Shown here: one piece after another, positions 9,268 through 18,289 of the stretch
Numbering within the stretch: the first letter of the stretch is position 1
Layout: each line of letters starts with the position of its first letter
Assembly: GCA_965112735.1 (NCBI GenBank)
Contig: OZ218957.1
Coordinates: 1,612,001-1,676,000, forward strand
DNA length: 64,000 nucleotides
Direction: 5' to 3'
From: Phaeosaccion multiseriatum
Lineage: Eukaryota; Protista; Ochrophyta, other classes
Notes under the pieces: generated by a model
Told to the model about the DNA's origin: nothing
Databases searched by the model: none
Seen by the model: the letters and a program-made list of their open reading frames with translations, nothing else
Made by a program: the position numbers and the translations under genes

Positions 9268-12200
9268 TCAGGCGGCCGCTCCGTCGATGGCTCCCATGAG
9301 CCCCCAGTCGAGGGTTTCTGCTGCTTCGTGCTGCGTCATCGTGGCTCGAAGGAGGGTGCCATACCTGATCTCCCGCTGTGAGAGGGCGCGTTGAAGGGCG
9401 AGGGACAGTTGTTGGCGCAGGAGGCCCTTGATGGGGCCCGTGGCTGCCGCCGCTGCGGGGCCGAGCCCTCTTGATGCCTTGTGGATGGCCATCGCCTCGA
9501 TGAGCTCGTCCGTTTGGTGGCCCAGTCTGCCGTACGTCTCGATTGCAATGCACTTCAGGGTTGAAGTCCCGGGCAGAAAACTGCCCAGGTAGTGAATGCG
9601 CTTGCGCTCTTCGGCGGCGGCTGCTGCGTGGCCTGGCGTGGTGGAGGCCCGTCCCACGTGGGTGGGGGTGGTGGGGTTGGTGACGGTGATGTCGCAGAGG
9701 AGGTTTCTCCGCAGGGGTGCGTCCGCTCCCGGGAAGCTACCTGCGGGATAGGTCAGATCCATGCGTAGGTCTCGGCCTGCTCGGGTGCCCGTGGGGCCGT
9801 CGAAGCAGGTCTGGTCCTCTACACGTGCTCCTCCAATGCCCACGCTGTGCATCATCCTCCCGAAGGCCTTGACGAGGAGGTGGTGTGTGTGGTTGTGGAG
9901 GCCGGTGCGGGGGCAGATGGTGGCGTGGGTGGTGCTTGCCGTGCGGGCGCAGCCTGTGCCGAGGCAGGGTGGGGGCGGGTCCGCGTATGGCGTGTTGACA
10001 CCGAGGTTGCGACGAAGGGCCATGGTCCATTCTGCGGGGGCCATGGTGTTGTGGCCGTGGGGGAGCGCTCCGAGGAAGGCCATGGCGCCCCTTCCTCGCT
10101 GTGAGTGGAGTCGGGCTGTTGCCATTTCCTGTGTCTCCTCTCCCCTCTGTGCCTCTGCCGGTGTGACGTCGATGGTGGCGATGCTCTGCGTCAGCTCCTC
10201 ATGGCGGCGTTTGTGGATGAAGGTGGTGAGGGCCTTCTGGACGCCGTGGGTCGGTTGACGGCCTGCCTGATGGCTCCTGCGCACGTTGCGTCGCGCTGTG
10301 TCTTGGGCTTGGTGGTCAGGCGGCTCGAGTACGCGTGAGCGGGCCTCGTCGAACTGTGCCTGACCCACTGCTTGGATGAGGGGGGCCTCAGGGACCCCCT
10401 CCTCGTGCAGGAGGTTGACGCTGTCGGCGACGCTCTTGAGGGCTCCGTTGGTGAACAGCTGGTCCGGTAGGGCGCTCTCTTGGGAGCCGTCCCGGCGTGC
10501 GGTGCGGCTGAGCAGGGGGGAGGGTGAGCATCTTGTTGCCAAGGTATGCTGCTGGGGCGATGTCGTGGAGGCTGGTGAGGCCGAGGCCGCCGAAGCGCCG
10601 TGCCGTATGCATTTGTAGGCGCTGTGTCTCCGTCCATGGCTCCTCTTGTGCATCTGCGGCCTGCTCCAGAGGGGGGCATCGGGGAGGCGCATGATGTGGG
10701 CCAGTGTCGCCCTGTTGGTGCGGTCTGCCCTGCTGCCGAGGGCGCGTCGGAAGATGGAGGGGTCAATGGCTCTCGCCAGGTGTGTGAGCCTGGCTGGGAG
10801 GCATTGGAGGAGGACGAGGGTGGCCGCCTGGGTGTTGTCCCACTCGCTGCAGTGTTTGGCGAGTTGGAGGTAGCCCCTGGGGTCTTCTTGGCCGAGGATG
10901 TTGCGGAGGTACTCTTCGATGTACTCCTCCGTGCCGACGGGGATGCCGGCTACCACGGTACCCTCGGTGGCAAGTGTGGCGCCCTGCCGTTGGGCGTGGT
11001 CCCTGTCAGCCTGTGTTGGCTGCTTGCCTTTGCCCATGAGGTAAACCGTTTTCCTCTCGTTGAACTCGAGGCCCAAGCCTCGGAATTGGGCTTGGAGATG
11101 GGCATGGCGTGGGGCGTAGGTCTCTAGGGGTGCGTCGGGTTCCAGCTGGTCCATGAGGTCGTCTGCGTAGGCGGAGATGGTGGGGCGGTTCGCTGCGGTG
11201 TCGGCTGTGTTCTGAACTTTCAGCACTGGGTGGATGGCGGCTGCGAACATGAGAGGCCCTTCTGGTGCTCCTTGGTTGACTCCGGAGCTCTGGTGGATGG
11301 TCTGGGTGCCGTCTGGTGTGAGGGCGTTGTGGGCGGAGGCGTGGGAGAGGCTGGCGATGGCGTAGTTGATGCCTGCTGGGTCGATGGTAGGGAGTGCGCC
11401 TGAGGCTAGGACGCCTCTGGCACGCGACACGCGGGTGTAGGCCTTGGTGATGTCATGCAGCACGACGGTTTTGCCGGCATCGTGCGCTAGCTGGGCTGCT
11501 GCGGCGTGTGTTTCCCCTCCGCCTCTGACCGCTACCGCTAGCTGTCCTGCGCTTCTGAGCTCTGGGCCCACCCTGTCCGCGATGAGCTTCATGTGACAGC
11601 TCTCCACGAGGCTGCGGTAGAGGTTGGGGGATGTCACAGGACGCGCTTTCTCGCCGAGGGCTGCGGCGCTGGTGCTGAACCACCGTTTGGCGAGCTGTGG
11701 AGGCAGTGGAGTGTCCCCCGTTCGGAGCAGCTCGTAGGTGTCAGTCAGAGCCTCCACGATTGCGTACTCCTGGGGGCTGTCCGGGGGGTACTTGACGTGG
11801 CTCGCCCTGCGCCCGTCTGCTCCTTGGCCCTTCCAGAAGTTGACCCTCCGGTAGGTCAGCAGCATGGCTGTGCTGATCTCCTCTCTGGTGACGTCGTTGC
11901 CATTCTCGGGGTGCTCCTGCACCTGGGTTCTGGCGTACTCCCTGGCTGCTGCTGCTGCTGTGTTGATCTCTTCGAGGCTCTCGTCGACGTGCGCTTGCTG
12001 GAGGCGTCTAAAGGTCTCGTGTGTGGGAGGGAGGTGGCCGTCTCTGCTCTTTGTGCTGAGCCTCGCGGCGGCCTTGTGCAGGCCTCCGGGTTTGGTGAGC
12101 AGGTGGGCGCAGGTTTCTCTCCGTCGCTCCTCTGTCTGTGCCTGTGCTGGGGGTGGTGGGCGGCGTGCGTGTGCTGTGGCTATCGCTGCTTGTGCGAGTG

Positions 12201-14427
12201 GGGCGATGTCGAGGTCGAGGACCATCTGTATCCGCTGCTGGCGGCTGTAGGCTCCGTCTTTAGAGAAGAGCATGGCAGGGAGGAGGTGGTGGAAGACATC
12301 CCATGCCAGAAGGGTGTGGAGGGTGGCGTCGGTGGGGCCGTTCTTGTGGGCCCTCAGCGCCCTGTTCCAGTTGTTGAGCGCTCTTTGCTGTAAGCTGATA
12401 ATCGAGCTGACGTGGCGGGGGTTGCACTGCGCTACTGTCTCAAACACGAGTGTTGAGAGGATGGTACCCTGCGGGTCCAGGGCCCCTAGGCGGAGGACGT
12501 TTGGGTGCTGCATGGGCCATCCTTCCTCGGGTGTATCGTCGTTGGCTGGCCCTTCTCCGTCCCCTCCGTCCCCGCCGCTACCTCCTTGGCCTCTGCTCCG
12601 TCCTCCTCCCCCTCGTCTCGCTGCTGCTGCTGTGGTTCCTTGCGTGCGTGTGCTATCTCCCCCTGCCCTTTCTCTCTGAGGTCCCCTCTCTGCTGCTGCT
12701 CCTTGTCCGTTTCCTTCCCCCCTCCCTCGTCCTCCTCTTCCTCCTTCTACTCCACTTGGCGCTGCTGCGATTGCGCCTCCTCCTCCTCCTCCTCCTTCTT
12801 CCGCGTGCCCTCGCCCTCCTCCTCTGCCCGTGGGGGTGGTGGGTTGGTACGGGTTGAGCCTGGCCGTTGCTGTCGTGTGCTGGGGCGTTGCCGTACGCGA
12901 CGGGTCCTCGTTTGGGTCTGGGCCTAGATAGGCGTTCTCGAGGTCGTTGAGGGGGCCTTGGTAGGCCGATGCTGCGTTGCCTTGGGTGAGGATGGTCCTG
13001 AGGGCGGGGATGGCTCGTTGAGCTTGGTAGCCAGCCATGCAGCCTTGCGCGGGGCAGGGGAGGTTGCCTGGTGGTATGACGGGCTGCTGGTTGGCTCTCC
13101 TCAGTGTGGCTTGGTCGTTCAGGTGGTGAAGGAGGCACGCGGGGTGAACGGTGTGTTGGCAGCGTCGGGTGCGTACTGGCCACTCCGTGGTTGGTGCGAT
13201 GAAAGGGGGGTCCGCGTCTGACATGCATATGCAGCATATCGGGGCTGGGGGGGCGGTAGGTTGGGGTGGGGGTGTGTGTCGGGTGGTGGGGGGTGGCTGG
13301 GACTGGCGGCGTCGCCCTTGGCTGGCCTGCGCGTGCTGCTGATGCGAGTCTCTGCGCTCCCTCGCTAGGCGATCCCTTGCGCGGCCCATAGCTCTCCCTC
13401 CTTGTGCTGTGATGGCCTGCTCGATCGTGTGCCGGTAGCAGGGGTTGCGGCAGTAGGGGCAGAGGTGGTCGTTGCGGTTGGGGTACGTGCTCATGACTCC
13501 CAATGCGCAGTGGTTGTGCACGTGATGTTCGTCTTCGTGCATGGCGACTTGTGCTTGGCCAGTGAGCGGTTCCATACACACCGGGCAGTTGGGTAGCTCC
13601 TCGTTGTTGGTGGGGTCGCCTCCTCCTTCTGCTTCGTCACCTCCTCCCTCTGCTTGCCCTTCCCCTCCTTCTGCCGCTGCTTCCCGTGCCAGTGCTGGGC
13701 GCTCTCCTCCGCCTCTGCTGTTTTCGCCCTCTCCCCCCCCTGCTACTACTCTTCCGTCGCGGTCTCCTCGTCCCCCTCCCCTGTGTCCCGCTCGCTCTCC
13801 TCTCCCTTCTCCCTCCGGGTCGTGCTCCCGTGTAGTGTCTGTCCCACCTGCTCTTGTCGGTGGGGGCATGCTGCGAGCTCGTGGTGGGATGGTTGACGAT
13901 GCCGGGAGGTGTGCTGCTTCGTATGCTCGTATGCATGTGTGGCATATGGGCTGCCGTAGGCCTGCTTGCGGGAAGCTTCTGAGGAGGGATCTGCCGGAGT
14001 TTCTGTGGGCCAGGTTGCCGCATCCACGTATACAGTCACGTAGCTGATACGTTCTGTTCTGTGGTCCGCTCTGTGGGCCGTTGGCGCGGTACCACAGGAT
14101 TGACGCGGCCTGGGGGTGGTGTTCGCGCATCCATCGTTCCCACTCTCGGCCGCGGTTGGGGTGGTGGCTCAACTGGTGCCTGTTGAGGCGGTCTCTGGAC
14201 CTGCCGACCGTGACGAAGGTGTCATTGCACTGTTCGAAGTTGCAGAGGACTCCCGTGGCGATGTAGTTGTTGTCAATGTTCCTGCGGTACGCTGTGGTGT
14301 TGTTGTGGGTGTCGTCCGTCTGTGGCGTGGTTGTGTCACTGTGGGTGGGGGTGTTGGCGGTCCTGGTGCGGTTCCCCGGGGGGCCTGCCTCGTGCGTAAG
14401 GCGAGGGCTTGCCCCGGCGCCCACCAC
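9268..14427 (-). CDS. Retrotransposon polyprotein: C2H2 finger, 2 RING fingers, reverse transcriptase, CCHC knuckle, restriction-like endonuclease
   Basis: RT: HDITKAYTRVSR, GVNQGAPEGPLMF, AYADDL, GLEFNERKT, GIPVG, RFGGLGL..PAAYLG. Endonuclease region: CLGTGC..HATIC, RMDL, CDITVTNP, EERKRIHY, AIETYGRLG. The start is uncertain: the frame is open from 14502 and the first ATG is at 14130. Confidence 0.92.
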   Translation of the reverse strand: MVGAGASPRLTHEAGPPGNRTRTANTPTHSDTTTPQTDDTHNNTTAYRRNIDNNYIATGVLCNFEQCNDTFVTVGRSRDRLNRHQLSHHPNRGREWERWMREHHPQAASILWYRANGPQSGPQNRTYQLRDCIRGCGNLAHRNSGRSLLRSFPQAGLRQPICHTCIRAYEAAHLPASSTIPPRARSMPPPTRAGGTDTTREHDPEGEGRGERAGHRGGGRGDRDGRVVAGGGEGENSRGGGERPALAREAAAEGGEGQAEGGGDEAEGGGDPTNNEELPNCPVCMEPLTGQAQVAMHEDEHHVHNHCALGVMSTYPNRNDHLCPYCRNPCYRHTIEQAITAQGGRAMGRARDRLARERRDSHQQHAQASQGRRRQSQPPPTTRHTPPPQPTAPPAPICCICMSDADPPFIAPTTEWPVRTRRCQHTVHPACLLHHLNDQATLRRANQQPVIPPGNLPCPAQGCMAGYQAQRAIPALRTILTQGNAASAYQGPLNDLENAYLGPDPNEDPSRTATPQHTTATARLNPYQPTTPTGRGGGRGHAEEGGGGGGGAIAAAPSGVEGGRGGRGRGEGNGQGAAAERGPQRERAGGDSTRTQGTTAAAARRGGGGRSRGQGGSGGDGGDGEGPANDDTPEEGWPMQHPNVLRLGALDPQGTILSTLVFETVAQCNPRHVSSIISLQQRALNNWNRALRAHKNGPTDATLHTLLAWDVFHHLLPAMLFSKDGAYSRQQRIQMVLDLDIAPLAQAAIATAHARRPPPPAQAQTEERRRETCAHLLTKPGGLHKAAARLSTKSRDGHLPPTHETFRRLQQAHVDESLEEINTAAAAAREYARTQVQEHPENGNDVTREEISTAMLLTYRRVNFWKGQGADGRRASHVKYPPDSPQEYAIVEALTDTYELLRTGDTPLPPQLAKRWFSTSAAALGEKARPVTSPNLYRSLVESCHMKLIADRVGPELRSAGQLAVAVRGGGETHAAAAQLAHDAGKTVVLHDITKAYTRVSRARGVLASGALPTIDPAGINYAIASLSHASAHNALTPDGTQTIHQSSGVNQGAPEGPLMFAAAIHPVLKVQNTADTAANRPTISAYADDLMDQLEPDAPLETYAPRHAHLQAQFRGLGLEFNERKTVYLMGKGKQPTQADRDHAQRQGATLATEGTVVAGIPVGTEEYIEEYLRNILGQEDPRGYLQLAKHCSEWDNTQAATLVLLQCLPARLTHLARAIDPSIFRRALGSRADRTNRATLAHIMRLPDAPLWSRPQMHKRSHGRRHSAYKCIRHGASAASASPASTTSPQQHTLATRCSPSPLLSRTARRDGSQESALPDQLFTNGALKSVADSVNLLHEEGVPEAPLIQAVGQAQFDEARSRVLEPPDHQAQDTARRNVRRSHQAGRQPTHGVQKALTTFIHKRRHEELTQSIATIDVTPAEAQRGEETQEMATARLHSQRGRGAMAFLGALPHGHNTMAPAEWTMALRRNLGVNTPYADPPPPCLGTGCARTASTTHATICPRTGLHNHTHHLLVKAFGRMMHSVGIGGARVEDQTCFDGPTGTRAGRDLRMDLTYPAGSFPGADAPLRRNLLCDITVTNPTTPTHVGRASTTPGHAAAAAEERKRIHYLGSFLPGTSTLKCIAIETYGRLGHQTDELIEAMAIHKASRGLGPAAAAATGPIKGLLRQQLSLALQRALSQREIRYGTLLRATMTQHEAAETLDWGLMGAIDGAAA

Positions 14428-15641
14428 GGTGTGGCCATGGTGTTGGCGAAGGGGGAGGTGGTGGTGTTGTTGGTGTGGTCGCGTAGGGCGTGGCCGTAGC
14501 GCTCAACGATGGCTTGGACGTCGGGTAATACCGCGATGAGTTCCTCCTGTCGTGAGGCGGTGATGTAGTCGTTGACCAACTCGTTGGAGGTGATCTCTTG
14601 GCCTGCGAGCGTGTGGGCATAGGCCTCTACGATCTGTTGCCATCCAAGGGGGTAATCTCCTCCCCCATGTGGTCTTCCGGGGGTGGTGGGGGGGCCTCCG
14701 CTCCTTAGAGCTTGTCTGAGGAGGGGCATATAGAAGTGCGAGTTGGTAGGCGGGAGCGCCGCGTCGCGCTGGTGGCGTATGGTGTTGCTCCATGTCGTTG
14801 GTGCGTGTCCATGCGTGTCTGTTTCGAGTGATGCTGTCTCTTCCTCGTGCGTCGTGGGGGGTGGTCGTACGAGGTCGGCGATGGCCTCGGCCGTGTTGTG
14901 GTGGGTCAGTTCCGTCGCGGTGAGGTTTAGGCTTGCGAACTCAGCGCTGATGCGTCGGCTGGCGGATGCTGGCGCTTGTTCGTTGAAGAAGAGGTTCGGG
15001 TGTTGCCGTATGGGGGTCGTGGCTGTGAGGTGGGTGTCTTCGTATTCGTCTTGGAGGATGGAGACGATTTGCTCTGTGATCCCGTGTGCGTTTCTGTGAG
15101 TTGACGCGTTGGTGGTTTGGGCTGGATCTGAGGCTCGGAAAGTGGCGGTTGGCCTTTCCGGGCTGCGTGCTCGGGGGGTCCTGCTTCGTCCCCTTGGCCT
15201 CGTGGTTGGCTGCATGGGTGCTGGGCTGGTCGCTGTGGGGGGTGGTGCTGTTGTAGGGCCTGTTGTCTCGCTGGCGGGCGTGGTAGATCTCCTGGCGGCT
15301 GGTGCTGTTTGTTGCCGTGTCGTTGAGATCGGTTGTGGTTGCTGCTGCTGGGGGTGGGCTTCCGCTGCTGTTGCTGTGGGTTCCGTGAGTGCTGGTGGGA
15401 GCTGTGGGTCCTGCGGGAGGGTGTTGCGGGGTGCTGCGGCCGCTGGTGGAGCCGTGATGGGGGTGGGCACGCCTTCCCGTGCTGGTGTTTGGCGAATTGC
15501 TGCTGCCGCTGCCCGTCTCTCCCTTCTTTCGAGCCGCTGCTGATCGCGGCTCATAGGTGGCTCCTGCTGGGTTGCTGTGAGGTTTGCTGGTGTCTCCTGG
15601 GCTCCGGGGGGCCGCGTGGCCCCCCTGTCGTCCCCTTCCAT
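14169..15641 (-). CDS. Retrotransposon upstream ORF (Pro/Thr/Ala-rich); possibly the N-terminus of one continuous ORF
   Basis: 490-aa ORF with GCCACCATGG start context, overlapping the RT ORF, which lies in the -1 frame. Confidence 0.7.
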   Translation of the reverse strand: MEGDDRGATRPPGAQETPANLTATQQEPPMSRDQQRLERRERRAAAAAIRQTPAREGVPTPITAPPAAAAPRNTLPQDPQLPPALTEPTATAAEAHPQQQQPQPISTTRQQTAPAARRSTTPASETTGPTTAPPPTATSPAPMQPTTRPRGRSRTPRARSPERPTATFRASDPAQTTNASTHRNAHGITEQIVSILQDEYEDTHLTATTPIRQHPNLFFNEQAPASASRRISAEFASLNLTATELTHHNTAEAIADLVRPPPTTHEEETASLETDTHGHAPTTWSNTIRHQRDAALPPTNSHFYMPLLRQALRSGGPPTTPGRPHGGGDYPLGWQQIVEAYAHTLAGQEITSNELVNDYITASRQEELIAVLPDVQAIVERYGHALRDHTNNTTTSPFANTMATPWWAPGQALALRTRQAPRGTAPGPPTPPPTVTQPRHRRTTPTTTPQRTAGTLTTTTSPRESSATSNSAMTPSSRSAGPETASTGTS

Positions 15642-15763
15642 GGTGGCCCTGTCTTAAGCAGAAAAAAAGATGGGGTGTGTGTGAGAAGCAGCGGGTCCGA
15701 GGAGGATTGTGCACTAGGCATGGAGCTGTGGTCAAGAGGTGTACTGTGGAGGGGTGTGAGAAG

Positions 15764-15820
15764 TATATTAGAGCTTATGGGCTCAGTATTGGAGCGCTCG
15801 AGGTAAGTTGTAACCATGTG
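15764..15820 (-). mobile_element. 57-bp extreme 3'-end insertion of the same retrotransposon
   Basis: tatattagagc...taaccatgtg is identical to the element's 3' terminus and is flanked by AGGGGTGTGAGAAG at 15750-15763 and 15821-15834. Confidence 0.93.
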
Positions 15821-16834
15821 AGGGGTGTGAGAAGCATCCGATCCAAGGAGGATTATGCATTAGGCATGGAGCTGTGGTCAAGATGTGTACTGTGGAGGGG
15901 TGTGAGAAGCAAGCAAGAGGTGGATGTGATGGAATGTGTTGGCGTCATGCTCGAATGAAAGGGGAGGGAGCGGAGCAGACGGGGAAGATAACCCAGGGCA
16001 CGCCTAAACCCAAGCGAGGAGCTGCCACCGACATCGATACGAGAGGAAGGAAGAGGGCGAAGTTCCCCCCTTCAGTTGAGGGAGGGGAGAGGCAGCAGGA
16101 AGAGAAGGCAGCAGCGGAGGAGGATGGGGATGGAGTAGGTTTGCTTGCGAGGCTGGGGCTTCATGTCGGGGATGAGATTCAGCTTCCCAATGGTCTGTGG
16201 AGAGAGCTGGAAGATGCTGCTGCCGACGCTGCCATAGCCTGCTGGGGCCACCGGGATAGGCAGCTGTCGAATGGCGTGGTGGTGTCTGTGGGCCAGAGTA
16301 AGGTGTTGCTGCTGCCCCATTACGCTGTGCGCACCAAGAGGAAGGGGACCAGCCTGGAGAGCACGATTCGAGGCTTTGTGTCTGCCTACCAGCGCTATCG
16401 CTCAGGAGGAGGAGGGGGTGACGAGGATGACGAGAAGCAGCAGGACGAGTGGGAGGTGCTGGAGGAGAGCATGGTGGCGGCGAGTGAGAAGAAGAGGCGG
16501 GGACGGAAGGCGCTGCGAGCGTGCGTGCGTGTGGGGCGCGTGGCAGGGGCTTGTGCTGGTGCTGATACCTCGGGACTGGGGATGTAGTGACGCGAAGCCG
16601 TCCGCCTCATCGCCTGTCTTTCGGGGCCTGCCGACGGAGCTTGTGGCTCTCGGGGCCCGTACTTACGGAGCTTTTGCGAGGGTCGACGACCGACCGGCGG
16701 AAGAGGAAAAAGGAAGAGGAAGAGGAAGAGGAAGAGGAAGCGGAAGAAGCAGGGCTACCGCCATACGGGCATACGGGCAGTGTGCTTTGACTGTCCCTTT
16801 CCCTTCTCTGCGGGGCTACTGGAGCGACCACCGC

Positions 16835-16876
16835 ACCACACCACACCACACCACACCACACCACACCACACCACAC
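16835..16876. repeat. (CCACA)n microsatellite
   Basis: Directly visible. Confidence 0.9.
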
Positions 16877-17991
16877 TGCACCTTCCCTCACTCCACTTGC
16901 TTGCTCAAGGCGCATCCGTGGCTCGGCTCATTATTGCTCTGCGGAAGGGCGTGAAGGTGAGGATGAGGGCGCTCTTTTGCTCCTTTCCTTGCGAAGGCAG
17001 CGGATGTCGAGTATGTAACGTACATGTCGTGAGTGAGTTGAGTTCCTTTGGAGAGGAGAGGAGAGAAGAGGAGTACAAGGGGATAAGAGGACAGGCCTTG
17101 TCAAGCTCTTGTCATGCGTTTGTCAAGCAAGTGCCAAGCAAGTGTCAAGCGCGACGGACGGATTGGGTTGAGAAGGCACCCCCACCCACCTGAAGCGGGG
17201 AGGCACCCAAGCCAAGACAGCAGATGGGGGAATCCACGCACGCACGCACGCACGTCGAGAGTGGGAAGGTGAAGGAATCAAGGAAGGAAGGAAGGAAGGA
17301 AGGAAGGAGGGCGGGCGAACGAGGAACGGTCGTCCCTCGAAAGGGACAGGAGGGGCAGCGAAGGGAAGGGAAGGGTCACGCAGATGTCCTCACCCTGATT
17401 GGTTGATGATTGTAATTCGCTGGTGGCTCTGCTGGGATTTACTTTCAGTCTCAGCTTATAAAGCTGAGCCGGTCAACTCCAAGGGCCGCCCCTGTCGCGC
17501 CAGAGCCATTGGACGGTCCTGGTTGCTTATCAGGGTTGGCGTTACAGACTGAAACGGAATGGCCCTTCGCCTCACCGTAACTGTATACCCGTAAGCGAGT
17601 AGAGAGAGCTTGGAGTTGGAAGCAGTTACAAAGAGCTTGAAAGCAGCAGCATACTGGTACATGTACACAAAGTGGAACGGGAGGTGAGACTCTCGCCTGT
17701 TTTTGTGAATCCAGGATAGTCTACACTATCCTTATTCTTAATGTACTGAGAGCCATTGGTGATCTTTTTTTACACGACTTACAAGGCCACAGGGGGGAGG
17801 GGGGGTGTTGCAAGTCGGCCCGACTCGCCTACAGCTCTCTTGCCTCTTGCCGTAGTGGCACAATTGTTTCCTCCCGCCCTTGAGTGAGAGAGCAAAGTGC
17901 TGTCTTTACACTACCTGGCTGCCAATTCCCTGCAGTTCTGCAGTGAACCCCCGCGCCCCCGTGTTCTCCCAAAGATGAAAGCGAAGGAACG

Positions 17992-18153
17992 AAGGAAGGA
18001 AGGAAGGAAGGAAGGGAGGAGGGAAGGAAGGAAGGAAGGAAGGAAGGAGGGAAGGAAGGAAGGAAGGAAGGAAGGAAGGAAGGAAGGAAGGAAGGAAGGA
18101 AGGAAGGAAGGAAGGAAGGAAGGAAGGAAGGAAGGAAGGAAGGAAGGAAGGAA
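17992..18153. repeat. (GGAA)n microsatellite
   Basis: Directly visible. Confidence 0.95.
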
Positions 18154-18289
18154 GGGCAGCCCGCAGGGCCGAAGAGAACCTCACGGTCAAGCCGAAGCTG
18201 AAGCTGAAGGAAGGCGCCTCTCCTCTCCTCCTCTCGTCCCCTTCCTTAAGTCCTTCGCCCCTAGTCCTTATGACTTCAAGCAAAAGTGA

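Larger units (their letters stand above)
8945..15670 (-). mobile_element. Apparently full-length (~6.7 kb) CRE-like non-LTR retrotransposon, copy C
   Basis: Begins after GAGGGGTGTGAGA (8932-8944) and ends before GGGGTGTGTGTGAGAAG (15672-15688). Has ~30-nt 5' leader, coding region, ~320-nt 3' UTR and no poly(A). Confidence 0.93.
645..16587 (+). pseudogene. Host gene with tandem 25-aa CxxxxC..C..H repeats (CTVEGCEKxxxxGGLCxRHG, WRKY19-like repeat type), shattered by retrotransposon insertions
   Basis: Single 75-bp units survive between insertions: 645-722 (EKKQVQGGLCTRHGAVRKTCTVEGCE), 8844-8930 (GCEKHQIQGGLCTRHGAVVKRCTVEGCE), 15672-15763 and 15820-15909. An open unique C-terminal frame then runs to TAG at 16585-16587. 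Confidence 0.85.

Noticed and set aside
10515-10680. Different ~50-aa segment in copy C's protein (LWSRPQMH..CSPSP)
   Set aside because: Caused by compensating -1 and -2 changes in G runs relative to copies A and B; probably homopolymer errors.
645-15909. Recurring GAGGGGTGTGAGA and 75-bp units separated by long segments as a CRISPR-like array
   Set aside because: The intervening segments are retrotransposon copies and the repeats are coding units or target duplications. No cas genes; eukaryotic context.
16600-17900. Possible gene or RNA between the zinc-finger gene and the minisatellite
   Set aside because: Only short low-complexity ORFs; no recognisable motif or RNA structure.
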